From an uncultured Candidatus Saccharibacteria bacterium (GTDB lineage Bacteria; Patescibacteriota; Minisyncoccia; CAIUEV01; JAHKAQ01): a stretch of 64,000 nucleotides of DNA. This document shows positions 1-10,600 of this stretch, in pieces. The notes under the pieces are model-generated. The model was given only the letters and a program-made list of their open reading frames with translations, did no database searches and was not told the origin of the DNA. The stretch spans positions 71,156 through 135,155 of the forward strand of contig CAZRBB010000004.1 of assembly GCA_964598205.1 (NCBI GenBank), in the 5' to 3' direction. Position numbers and translations under genes: made by a program. Position 1 is the stretch's first letter. Every line of letters starts with the position of its first letter.

Positions 1-81
1 CATTTCTTTTCTTTGATTAACTCCTATATTCCTTTCGGAGGCTAGCATTTATGGGCAAAAATGTAAACTTTTATTGAATTA

Positions 82-305
82 CTTTTTCCAAACCAATGTT
101 CTTAGAGGAGGCTCCTTGTTCCCGCTAACACAGACCAGAGGAATATATCTATTCAGTAGACAAGGCTCTTAGTCTACTGAATAGATATATTCCTCTGGTC
201 TGTGTAGAGCTTTAAGCTTTTTAGGCGAAGTAAAACAGGAACAAGGTGGAGTGAGGCCCGGTCGAGGCCGAGCGTACTCCGAGAAGAACATTGGTTTGGA
301 AAAAG
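82..305 (+). repeat. Structured intergenic repeat element, copy A (contains an inserted 34-bp perfect hairpin)
   Basis: Perfect 22-bp terminal inverted repeat (82-103 / 284-305). Core GAGGAGGCTCCTTGTTCCCGC...AACAGGAACAAGGTGGAG.GAGGCCCGGTCGAGG.CGAGCGTACTCC is shared with 1416-1568 (-) and 24420-24567 (+). Confidence 0.85.
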
Positions 306-323
306 AAATAAAGAAATATAAAG

Positions 324-353
324 TTGACAGGGAGGAGTTTTGGTAATTACAAT
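324..353 (+). promoter_or_regulatory. Putative sigma70 promoter for the 392 gene
   Basis: TTGACA (324-329), 18-nt spacer, TACAAT (348-353). Confidence 0.45.
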
Positions 354-391
354 GGATGTAAAGTTTTTTTATAAAAATAATAAAGAAATAA

Positions 392-1366
392 ATGAACAGG
401 TTAAAAGTAGAGATTTGGGGAGGACTGTTTTTGGTTTTTTCTTTCTTATTTTTAATGCCTCTAGGAGTAAAGGCGGCGGGAGAAGAATTGCCGGCGGTTG
501 GAGATCCTTTTTGGGATGTAATGGCGCAGATTAATCGTCCAGATGATTCCACTTGTACTGCCAAGGCGACTGCTATTTTAGAAACTAACAACATTCCCGG
601 GGGAGCCCAAAGAGCGACAGCTACTTGTGCGGGGATTGCTGGAATTGTGACCGACATGCAATCTGATTTAAATCGAGAAGGTGTTAGCACTAATCTTTTT
701 AGCGAGACAAACTGGCATCATGTAGATAATTTATATTTTGACCAAAGCAATGGCCGAATAGAATTTACCAACGAAGTAGATTTTATGAGTCGGAGCTTTA
801 TGTTGCTTTTAAGTAATATGGTTACGCGGTTGGATTTTTCCCAAAACGAAACGACTTTTGATGCTGATATTGTTGGAGGAATGAGGGATGCTGGATCGGT
901 AGTAACTATGCGCAATGTTTCGGATTTTTCTTCTCCAGAAATTTTAGTAGATGGAGCAGGAGACGCCGGTGGAGTGGTTTCTGGAATGACTTACAATCAA
1001 AATGCCAACACCATTGTTTTTAATGCGGCTCACTTTACTACCTTTAAGGCAGTAGAAGGAGGCGATTCTTCTGATGCGCCTAGAATTACTAAAATATCTA
1101 CCACCAAGCTTGTAAGTAAAAATGGTAAAGAAAGGATCCGAGTTTCTATTGAAGGCAAGCGCTTTGATAAAAAAATGGAAGTTAAATTAGGAAGCGTTGA
1201 AGCCTATTCGGTTCACTGGAAAAATAAAAATAAAGTAACAGCTTATTTTTCGGTCAAAGAAGTGTTAAAAAAATCTGGGAAAACTTCTTATTTTAAGGTG
1301 AAGAATGTGGATGGATTGGGCGATAAATACAAAAAACAGCTCAATATTTTAACGGTAGGGGAATAG
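392..1366 (+). CDS. Secreted hypothetical protein with a C-terminal IPT/TIG-like Ig domain
   Basis: 324-aa ORF with a signal peptide ending VKA. The C-terminal PRITKI...VSIEGKRFDKKMEVKLG pattern resembles IPT/TIG domains. Confidence 0.7.
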   Translation: MNRLKVEIWGGLFLVFSFLFLMPLGVKAAGEELPAVGDPFWDVMAQINRPDDSTCTAKATAILETNNIPGGAQRATATCAGIAGIVTDMQSDLNREGVSTNLFSETNWHHVDNLYFDQSNGRIEFTNEVDFMSRSFMLLLSNMVTRLDFSQNETTFDADIVGGMRDAGSVVTMRNVSDFSSPEILVDGAGDAGGVVSGMTYNQNANTIVFNAAHFTTFKAVEGGDSSDAPRITKISTTKLVSKNGKERIRVSIEGKRFDKKMEVKLGSVEAYSVHWKNKNKVTAYFSVKEVLKKSGKTSYFKVKNVDGLGDKYKKQLNILTVGE

Positions 1367-1415
1367 AAAATCAATCTCTGGCTAATCTTTATTTCTAAAG
1401 CGGGAATAATTTTAA

Positions 1416-1568
1416 CATTCCTCTTGAGCTAATATCCTTCTCGGAGTACGCTCGCCCTCGACCAGTTCTCGCTCCACCTTGTTCCTGTTCTGCTTTGTCT
1501 AAAAAAACTTGAAGTTTAATAGGCGGGAACAAGGAGCCTCCTCTAAGGACATTAGCTCAAGAGGAATG
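1416..1568 (-). repeat. Structured intergenic repeat element, copy B (inverted)
   Basis: Reverse complement of the copy A/C core. It has its own 18-bp closing stem, 1416-1433 / 1551-1568. Confidence 0.85.
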
Positions 1569-1578
1569 GAGCTTGGAT

Positions 1579-4500
1579 TTAAAATTGTTCTTTGTTTTTA
1601 ATAAATGACGCGAAGAGGACAGGGACAATAAAGAGAGTTAAGAACGAAGAAAGCATTAAGCCAAAGATAATGGCGCCGCCTAGGGCGCGCCAAACCTCGT
1701 TAGAAAGAGTGACCGGGATAATTCCTAGAATGGTGCAGAGGGAGGTGATAAAGATAGCTTCTATCCGAGATTTACCGGCATCTACAATAGCTTCTTTAAA
1801 AGGAATTTTGCTTTTTAAGTTAAGGTTTATTTTGTCTATTAGGATAATGGCGTTTTTAACGACGATTCCGAATAGGGCTAAGATACCGATTAAACCAGGG
1901 AAGCTGAGCGTAATACCAAAAACTGCCATTCCCAAAAAGACACCAATTAAGGCCAAAGGAAGGGTGACTAAAACAATCAAGGCTTTAATAAAAGAGTCAA
2001 ATTGAATGATTAGAGTGGAAACAATTAAGATGGCAGCAATAATCATAGCCGTGATAATGGATTTTACCGATTCGGTGTTTTGTTCATTTTCTCCTCCGTA
2101 GACCAGGGTGTAACCTTCTGGTAATTGATAACCTTCTTTTACCTTTTTTTGAAATTCAGAAAGAATAAAGTTGGAGCGGGTTTTACCTTCGGCACTGGCC
2201 GAAAGAAGGACCGCTCTTTTTTGATCGGTTCTGGAAATTGATTCTACGGACGGGTCTAATTTTATTGTGGCAACATCTTTTAAGAAGACGGGTTGGTTTT
2301 GGAGATTAGTTATTTTTAAATCTTGTAGGGCTTTTAGGGTGGGTATTTGATCTTTGGCAAAACGACTTACAATGTCTATCTCCTCGTTTTCTTTAATAAT
2401 GGTGCTGATTTTTATTCCGGAAACAGCTAAGCGAAGAATCCCTCCAACTGAAGCGGCATTCAAGTTATAAAGTTCTAATTTTTCGTGGTTAAGTTTAAAA
2501 GTATACTGTGCTGGTGCCTCTTTGAGCGATGTTTTAACATTGATTGCTCCGGGAATAGAGGCAAGGATTGGTTTTAAATCTTGAGATATTTTATCTAGGG
2601 TTTGCAGATCTTCGCCAACAACTCTGGCTTCGAAGGAAGCACCAGATGGTGGACCACTCTTGGCTGATTCCACACTGACAGAGGAAAGACCACTGACGCC
2701 AGAAAGATCCTGGCGAATTTTTTGGGCTAGTTCGTAAGATTTTAGAGATCGTTTTTCTTTTAGGGTAATGGTAATGCCGGCTAGGTGGGAGTTTCCTTGG
2801 GAAACCGTTGTGCCACCATCGGGAGAAGCACCGGCTTGGCCAACAATTGTGGCAAAGTTTTGAATGTCTGGGTATTTTTCTAGTCGTTCTTCTACTTTTG
2901 CGGTGAGTTCATTGGTTTTATCTAAATTAAAACCGATAGGTGCTTGGAGATTGATGTAAAGCATGTCTTCGTCTGAAGCAGGAAAGAACTCTGTTTTAAC
3001 AACACCTAGAACTGGAAGCAGAACGGATACTACAAAGATAAGGAGGGTTGAAGCAATTACAAGGAACCGGCTTTTTTTAGAAGCCAATGTTCGGCGCAAA
3101 TATTTTTCGTAAACAGGAATAACTTTTTCAAAACAGAGAATTCCGTGGATTAAGCGACTAATTAAATCTTTTTCTTCTCCTTGGGCTTGTTTTTTTAATT
3201 TTTCTTTGATTAATTCGTCACTCCTCCATTCTTCCTCGGCTAGTTTTTGATTGTTTTCTAATCTTGTTTTGCCGTTTCTTTTGGCGTACCACCAGCCGAT
3301 AACTATAAGGACAAGGAAGGCGAGCAGAGAAGCACTAAGGCCCCAAATTCTTTGGACCTTTAATCCCCAGCCAACAATAATTAAGAATAGAAGAACATAA
3401 AATAAGAGTAAGTTTTTGGTGAGGCGAATACGCTCCAAGACGGCGGCCAAGGGGTGATTGATCATTAGGGCGATTAGGAGAGAAGAAACAAGAGTTACAG
3501 AAACAGTGATGGGAATGGAGCGAATAAAGGAGCCAATAATGCCAGTGGAAAGAAGTAGTGGTAAAAAGGCAAAGGTGGTGGCTAGGGTAGTAGAAAGAAG
3601 TACGATTTTAAAATCGTTTAGAACCAAGAGTACGGCTTCTTCTGGAGTAAATTTACCACTCTTCATGTATTGTTTGGTGGCGCTGACTACCACAATGGCG
3701 TCGTCAACTAAAAGTCCAAGCGCTAAAAGCAAAGAAAAGATAGAAAGAAAGTTTAAGGTAATGCCCGTTAAAAGCATAACGCCAAAAGTGGCAAAGAAAA
3801 CTAAGGGAATGGCCAGACCGGCTACCAGTGCTTCTTTTAGGCCGACTATTAGAAACAGAACGCCCATTACCAAAACAATGGTGATTAAAAAATCGTGGGT
3901 TAATTGTTTAAAATCGTGGTCAATGATTTTGGCAAAGTCGGTGGTTACTTCGTAAGACATTCCTTTAGGAAATGTTTTTAAAAGTTCTTCAATGGTTTTT
4001 TTAGCTTCTTCGGTGGTAGCAATAATGGAGCCGCCACTTTTTTTAACAATATCTAAATTAACGGCTTCTTTGGCGGGTGAGCCGTTAGCGGAAAGGCGGG
4101 AGTAGGTGGTTTTTTTAATGGCTTGTTCTTTTACTTGGGCAATATCTTTTAGGTAAACGATTGCTCCTGCTTGGGTATGAGTAAGGGGGAGATTTTTTAA
4201 TTCTTCTTGGGAGAAAACTCGAGCGTCGGTTCTTACGGTGTAGTTAAAGGATTCGCCTTCAAAGTTTCCGCTGGGAATTGCGGTGTTGGCGGTGGCGACT
4301 AATTGGTTAATTTGAATGGGGGATAGATTGTAAAAGGTTAACTTGTTGGGATCATAAGCAATGGAAAATTCTTTTTCTAGGCCACCGGAAATATGGACTT
4401 CTCTTACTCCGGGGATTTTTTCTAAGCCATCTTTTATTTTTTCGGCATAGCCACGAAGCAAAAATCCGTCTTCTATGCCGGTTAGAGATACGGAAAAAAT

Positions 4501-4992
4501 AGGTTCATCGCTAAAGGAAATTTCTTTAGCTTCTGGAGTTTCTACTTCTTGAGGGAAGTCCTTGATTTCGGCAACCTTATCTCGTAATTTCCTTAAAACA
4601 TCTTCTTGATTTTCTTTGGTGTCGAATTCTACGGAAATTGCGGAAAAAGAATTAGCCGAACTAGAAGTTATTTTTTTTACTCCCTTAATGCTGGAAACAG
4701 CAGTTTCTATTTTTTTGGTAACTAATTCTTCTACATCTTCTGGTGAAGCGCCTGGAAAAACAGCGGTGACAATAGCATAAGGGATTTTAACTTCTGGATT
4801 TGATTCGCGAGGAAGATTAAAAAAAGAATAAATTCCCCAACCGGTAAGAAGGATGATTAAAAGAATGACCGTGCGGAAATTAGACACAAAGAAATTGAGC
4901 CAACTTTTTCTTAACTCTGGATTAAATTCCAGTTGTTCTAAGTAGCGATGATCGGAAGATTGATCCTGTTCTTTTTTAGGGTCACAACTCAT
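1579..4992 (-). CDS. RND efflux transporter permease (AcrB/AcrD/AcrF family)
   Basis: 1137 aa. Motifs PGASPEDVEELVTKKIE, GLLVDDAIVV and GIVVKNAIILID, with two large periplasmic loops and multiple TM helices. Confidence 0.95.
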   Translation of the reverse strand: MSCDPKKEQDQSSDHRYLEQLEFNPELRKSWLNFFVSNFRTVILLIILLTGWGIYSFFNLPRESNPEVKIPYAIVTAVFPGASPEDVEELVTKKIETAVSSIKGVKKITSSSANSFSAISVEFDTKENQEDVLRKLRDKVAEIKDFPQEVETPEAKEISFSDEPIFSVSLTGIEDGFLLRGYAEKIKDGLEKIPGVREVHISGGLEKEFSIAYDPNKLTFYNLSPIQINQLVATANTAIPSGNFEGESFNYTVRTDARVFSQEELKNLPLTHTQAGAIVYLKDIAQVKEQAIKKTTYSRLSANGSPAKEAVNLDIVKKSGGSIIATTEEAKKTIEELLKTFPKGMSYEVTTDFAKIIDHDFKQLTHDFLITIVLVMGVLFLIVGLKEALVAGLAIPLVFFATFGVMLLTGITLNFLSIFSLLLALGLLVDDAIVVVSATKQYMKSGKFTPEEAVLLVLNDFKIVLLSTTLATTFAFLPLLLSTGIIGSFIRSIPITVSVTLVSSLLIALMINHPLAAVLERIRLTKNLLLFYVLLFLIIVGWGLKVQRIWGLSASLLAFLVLIVIGWWYAKRNGKTRLENNQKLAEEEWRSDELIKEKLKKQAQGEEKDLISRLIHGILCFEKVIPVYEKYLRRTLASKKSRFLVIASTLLIFVVSVLLPVLGVVKTEFFPASDEDMLYINLQAPIGFNLDKTNELTAKVEERLEKYPDIQNFATIVGQAGASPDGGTTVSQGNSHLAGITITLKEKRSLKSYELAQKIRQDLSGVSGLSSVSVESAKSGPPSGASFEARVVGEDLQTLDKISQDLKPILASIPGAINVKTSLKEAPAQYTFKLNHEKLELYNLNAASVGGILRLAVSGIKISTIIKENEEIDIVSRFAKDQIPTLKALQDLKITNLQNQPVFLKDVATIKLDPSVESISRTDQKRAVLLSASAEGKTRSNFILSEFQKKVKEGYQLPEGYTLVYGGENEQNTESVKSIITAMIIAAILIVSTLIIQFDSFIKALIVLVTLPLALIGVFLGMAVFGITLSFPGLIGILALFGIVVKNAIILIDKINLNLKSKIPFKEAIVDAGKSRIEAIFITSLCTILGIIPVTLSNEVWRALGGAIIFGLMLSSFLTLFIVPVLFASFIKNKEQF

Positions 4993-6089
4993 TTTTCTTG
5001 AGTTATTGTTTGATTGTCTTCTAGAAGTTTGTTGTTTTCTACTACGATTAAGGTTTCTTTTGGTAAGCTAGCAGTAACCTCGGCGATTTCTCCAGAGATC
5101 TTATTAACAGTGACTGCTGTTTTTTTAGCTTTTCCTTCTTGGGCAATAAAAATAAAATTTTCGTTTTGACCAATGGTCAGCGCGGAAAGCGGTAAAAGGA
5201 AGGCTTCTTTTTGGGAAGGAATAATTGTTGTTTCTACTATGACCGAAATTACCGTTCCTAGGGAAAGATCGGTTTTGGTCAACGGTTCGGCTTCTGCTAG
5301 AAATCGTTTAGTAGCGGGATCGGCAGAAGAAGAAACGGCAGTTATTTTTCCTGGGGTTTCTTTTTTTTGATTGTCTTTTAAAATAATTGTTTGATTTTGT
5401 TTGATTAGTTTTACTTCTTCTTCGTCTAGGAAAAAGGTGATGGTTGTTTCTCCAGTGGCGCTAATGGTTCCAAGGGATTGGCCGGCGGTGATTGAGTTAC
5501 CAATGGAAGTTGTTTTTTGAGTGATTGTTCCAGTAAGGGGAGCAGTAACCAGATGGCGTTCTAGTGCGCTTTCTAGAGCGGTGCTAGTTGAATCGCGATT
5601 TAATTCGGCAATTTCTTTGGCGGTTTTATTGGTTTTGCTTTTAGTGTTTGCATAATTCCGACGAGCGAGCCTTAAAGATTCATGGGCGGTTTCTTTGGCA
5701 ATTTCTAGTTGCTTAATTTGTTCGCTTTTGTAACCAGTTTCCCCAGTAGAAAGATTATTGTCTTCGTCTAGTACGGCAAGAGTTGTTCCTTTTTGGATTT
5801 TGTCTCCCAAATCAAAATTAATGGAAACTATAACGCCTCCTGTTTTGGCTATGATCTGGGCCTCTTGTTTGGCCGTGACTAGCGCAGGGTATTCTTTCTT
5901 TATTTTTAGGGATTGGCTTTCTTGGATTGTTTGTAGCTTAACGGCGACTACTGCCGGTTCGTTAGATGATTCGGTTAAAGTTGCTTCTGCTGGGGTTTTG
6001 GGAGTAGTTTCCTTTTTAGCAAAAAAGGTAAAAGCAAAAATGGCAACCAAAAAAAGAAGGACGATTGGAAAATATTTTTTGAATCGCAT
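4989..6089 (-). CDS. RND efflux periplasmic adaptor (membrane fusion protein)
   Basis: Lipoyl half-motifs (GGVIVSINFDLGDKIQKG; APLTGTI...G), a coiled hairpin, and overlap with the RND permease start. Confidence 0.9.
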   Translation of the reverse strand: MRFKKYFPIVLLFLVAIFAFTFFAKKETTPKTPAEATLTESSNEPAVVAVKLQTIQESQSLKIKKEYPALVTAKQEAQIIAKTGGVIVSINFDLGDKIQKGTTLAVLDEDNNLSTGETGYKSEQIKQLEIAKETAHESLRLARRNYANTKSKTNKTAKEIAELNRDSTSTALESALERHLVTAPLTGTITQKTTSIGNSITAGQSLGTISATGETTITFFLDEEEVKLIKQNQTIILKDNQKKETPGKITAVSSSADPATKRFLAEAEPLTKTDLSLGTVISVIVETTIIPSQKEAFLLPLSALTIGQNENFIFIAQEGKAKKTAVTVNKISGEIAEVTASLPKETLIVVENNKLLEDNQTITQEK

Positions 6090-6368
6090 TAGAGGGTGTT
6101 AAACTTAAAAAAAATTCCCCAAAAGGGAACCTTTAATTTAACTCCATTTTAAGGATTAAGACAAGACCATTAGTTAATTTTTAATTTCGAATTTTGAATT
6201 TCGATTAAAGATCAAATTTTAAATTTTAAGGTAACTTTTACGAATTAACAATTTCGAATTTTGAATTTTGTAAGTTGTGTTTGTGGTGGTTGTCTTTTTA
6301 GAATAAAATACGAAAAATAGTTTAGGATGATAGCTAATAAAAATCGCTGAAGAAGTTTTTGTCCAATA

Positions 6369-7448
6369 ATGAAAACCAAAAGAAATAAATTTTTATTTTT
6401 TGTATTCGCTCTTTTTTTTGTATTTTTTTTGACTGGAAAAAACTGTTTAGCACTGGTTGTTTCCCCAACAACAGTTGAGCTTACAGCCAATCCTGGACAG
6501 ATGATTGATTTTAATATTGAGATTCATAACGATAATTCAAAAGAAAGAGAGGAATTTATTACATCGATTCTGAATTTTAATGCCAAAGACAATGAAAATG
6601 GAGAACCAAAATTTTTTTCTGGGGATGATTTTCTAGGAGAAGATTTGGCTTCTGAGTGGTTGGAAATAGAGAGTGTTCCCTTGGTGGTAGAGCCAAGCGC
6701 TTGGCGGAAAATTCCTATAACAATCAAGATTCCCCAAAAGGTACAGCCCGGCGGTTATTATGTGGCAGTGTTTTTTGGACCAAAGAAAAATGAAGAAAAA
6801 AGCAAAGATAAAATTTCTAGCGTTTCTTATTACGCCGGATCGTTAGTATTGATCAATGTTTCTGGAGAGACGATTCAAGGAGGGGCGGTTAAGGAATTTT
6901 CTACAGAAGGCGGAAAAAAGTTTTTTCGTAACTTGCCAATAGGGTTTTTTACTCGAATAGAAAATTCTGGCAATCTTCATTTTCGTCCTGCCGGTAATGT
7001 GGAAATTAAAAATTTTTGGAACAAAAAAGTTGCCCAAATCCCAGTGATTAAATCTCAAACCGGGGGGAATATTCTGCCGGAAAGTATTCGTCGCTATAAT
7101 CTTAATTGGGAGAGCGCTTGTGGAGAGAAAGCAAACAAAAATTTTTTTAGTAGCGGATTTTTGGAGCGGGCAAACAGACAACGCCAAGAGTTTTATTTGG
7201 GTCGTTATGCCGCTGTTTTAACAGTAGTCCTACCCAACAAAGAAACGGGAACAGTGTCTATCTTTTTTTGGTTGATTCCAGCCGAGCTACTAACTGTGAT
7301 TTTGGTAGTGCTTATAATTTTGTGGGCACTAATTTATTGTTACAATCGCTGGATTGTTGGTTTTTTAAGGAGTCGCGTTAGGAAGGAACCAAAGAGAACT
7401 CCTATTAAAAGAAAAGAGAAAAAGCAAGATTATTTTTTGAGAAAATAG
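6369..7448 (+). CDS. DUF916-like cell-surface membrane protein
   Basis: Signal peptide, motifs VSPT.VEL...PG, PGGYY.AV.F and IENSGNLHFRP.G, and a C-terminal TM helix with a basic tail. Confidence 0.6.
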   Translation: MKTKRNKFLFFVFALFFVFFLTGKNCLALVVSPTTVELTANPGQMIDFNIEIHNDNSKEREEFITSILNFNAKDNENGEPKFFSGDDFLGEDLASEWLEIESVPLVVEPSAWRKIPITIKIPQKVQPGGYYVAVFFGPKKNEEKSKDKISSVSYYAGSLVLINVSGETIQGGAVKEFSTEGGKKFFRNLPIGFFTRIENSGNLHFRPAGNVEIKNFWNKKVAQIPVIKSQTGGNILPESIRRYNLNWESACGEKANKNFFSSGFLERANRQRQEFYLGRYAAVLTVVLPNKETGTVSIFFWLIPAELLTVILVVLIILWALIYCYNRWIVGFLRSRVRKEPKRTPIKRKEKKQDYFLRK

Positions 7449-7607
7449 TTTGTGCTTGAATTATAATTTTTTTTAGATTTTAAGCGGAAAAAGTGTTTAT
7501 AAATGACTTGTGGTAAAAGTCTTTTTTTGTTATCATTTACCCAGCGAATCCAGAGTAAAAAAGGGGGAAAAGCCTTGAGAAAGAAATAAAGATTCAAACA
7601 AAAAAGG

Positions 7608-10600
7608 GTGACAGTAAGAAAACAAAAAAAAGGTGGGATTAATGGTTTCCAACCCTTGGGGGTTTGGGGGCTTTTTATTGTTTTGGGAATCAGCTTGGTG
7701 ATGGTTTTTGGAGGGAATTCGGTTTGGGGAGCGGCGGAGGGGACGGAGGGGACGGAGATAACGGAGGGGACGGTCTGGGGTCGTTTTTGGAGTGGTGTTG
7801 ACCAAGGGGTAACGAGTTTTAAAGAAGGATTTTTAGCAACAACGAATAATCTAAAAAGCTATTTGGGAACAAGTGGACAGTTTATAGCTCGTTTTGGCAA
7901 GGAAAAAAACGAGAAAGAAGCCGAAGAATTGGCCAGCGTTATAGCTAGTCAAAAGATGGAAAAATGGTTGGAATGGTTTAGCAAGAACGGAGAAAGATTG
8001 GAGGAAATTGCTAACGGGGAAAATTTTAACAACCTGTATCTTTCTGGAGCAATAGATGGTCAGAATATTGCCAATAGAAGCTTGAATGGAAATCTTAAAA
8101 TAATTCCTGGATCCATTACCGGATTAGTAATTGCCAACGGTTCTGTTAGTAAAGAAGATATTCTTTGGCGGGGAATTACTTCTGTTAACTTACATGCCAA
8201 TGCGGTAACTACGAGAATTATTAAGGACGGAACTATTATCGGTGCCGATCTTTCAGATGATCTTAGTTTTTCTACTACGGGGACCATCCACGCTGACAAT
8301 ATTAATGGGAATCATTTAATAGTGAAAGATGGTTCAACGCTTTCTGGAGATACGGTTTTTAATGGGGGGGCTTTTTCCCATATGGGAACAACTTTTCTAG
8401 TCAACGAGACTGGAGATGCCACTTTTGATTCTGATGCGGTCACCACTTTTTCTGGGTCAAGATTGGAATTGGTAGCGGACGGTGGCGGGGTAACGATTAC
8501 TTATCCCGATGGTCAAACTTTTCAATTAAAAGATAGAACTACTCGAATTGAAACTTTAGCCAACGGTTCTTTGATTTTAGGAAATGATTCTGACGCTACT
8601 ACCGTGGACGGTTCGGTGATTAATCTTTCTGGGAATACCGTTATTAACGGGACCATTACTGGGAATATTACCGATAACGCTAGTAATGCTTTTGATTTAC
8701 AAGAAGGAACGAATAAGTATCTCAACATTTCTACTGTGGACGGTTCGGAAAAAATTGATTTTGGTAACACAACCCTTAATCCGAGCTATGAATTTTTAGG
8801 AACGGGAGCAACCACTTTGGGCGGTAATTTAACAGTGAATGGAGCGTTAATAGTTGGAGGAGGTACCGCGGTGGCTGGCCATTTTTTACCAGGCTCAAAC
8901 AATGTTTACAATCTGGGTAGTAATACTTACCGCTGGGCTAATCTGTATTTGGGTGGGGAAACATTACATTTAGGAGCTTCGATTACCGACGAAGCGGTTG
9001 TTAGTTATGACACAACTATCAATATTTTAAACATTGGTACTGATGCAACCACCAACGGCGACATTGCTTTTTTTAGTGATGATCTATACCTAGATAAGTC
9101 TAGCGGCAACGTTGGCATTGGGACAACGGACCCGGGGGCGAAGTTGGATGTTGCTGGTGTGGCAACTTTCCGGGGAAACTTGCTTTTTTCCACCGACAAT
9201 ACACTAGACATTGGAGCTAATGGCGCAACACGACCAAGAACAGGGTACTTTGGGACATCGGTAGTCGCACCTAATTTTACCGGCCTGGCTTCCAGCGCTA
9301 CTATTCTTGCCACTGCTCGCGATCTTTATGGCTTTAGTTTTAATGGTTCTGTTGGTACTGTATCGGGAATAAATATTATAGCTAGCAGTTATGGCGGAAC
9401 AGGCAATGGTTTTACGAAATTTACTGGACCGACCACAGCAGAAAAAACTTTTACATTGCCCGATGCCAATGCCATTATTGCCAGAACTGATGCTGGACAA
9501 ACTTTTACTGGAGTCAATATTTTTACTTCCCCAACCTTCACCACTAGCATTGTTCCGACCATAAACGATGGAACAACCATTGGAACAACCACTTTGCAAT
9601 TTTCCGATTTATTCCTCGCTTCGGGAGCAACTATTAACTATGCTAACGGTGATACAACTCTCACTCACTCAACCGGAATTTTGACATTGGGAACAGGAAC
9701 ACTGAAAATCACCACCCCTACCAACACCGCCACCAGCGTGGCGACGATTGACGGAATGCAGACTCTGACGAACAAGACATTGACTGCATCTAACAATACT
9801 TTAGGTGGAGTGACTATGACATTGGGAACTGATGCTACTGGTGATATATATTATCGCAATGTTTCTGGATATTTGACTAGATTAGGAATTGGAACTTCTA
9901 ATCAGATTCTCCATGGTGGAACTACTCCAAGTTATTCTGCTATTTCTCTGACTGGAGATATTACTGGAATTTTACCACTAGCCAATGGTGGCACCAATAA
10001 AAATATAACGGCTTCATCTGGAGCAATCATATTCTCTGATACTGATTCAATGGAACTTACTCTAGTTGGGTCTTCTGGGCAAATTTTGGTTTCTCAAGGA
10101 GCAGGTACGCCTATCTGGTCAACTCCCACCTATCCTTCTGCTTCCGGATCTGCCGGGAAAATTATTCGTTCCAATGGCGCTAACAATATCTATTCAACAG
10201 CCGCTTTTGCCGATACCTACACCGCCTCAAATCTTCTATATTCAAACGGCGACAACACCGTGCAGGGATTGGCTACGGCCAATAACGGCGTTCTCATTAC
10301 CGGTGTCACCGGTGTTCCTTCTATTTCTTCTACTATTCCAGTGGTTACACAACAAAATATTACCAATGTAAATTCAGCCTTGGTTACAGGACTTCTTCAA
10401 ATTACCACCACGACTGGCGCGCTCACGAGTGTTACCACTTCGGCTGGAATAGACGCTCTCATTTCCAACAATACCGGTTCGGGGCTTTTGGTTTTCAACG
10501 ACGGTCCGACTTTTATTGCCCCGACTCTCGGTGTGGCTACCGCCACTTCAATTAACGGACTTACGATCAATACCACCACCGGCACGCTAGCAATTTCCAA

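Noticed and set aside
169-690. 173-aa minus-strand ORF (and the 66-aa ORF at 24397-24597)
   Set aside because: They run through the structured repeat or antisense to a better gene, and show no protein-family features.
7731-7773. 9-bp GC-rich microrepeat (ACGGAGGGG) near the start of the giant gene
   Set aside because: Only about 4 imperfect in-frame units encoding TEG, so a change in copy number would not switch phase.
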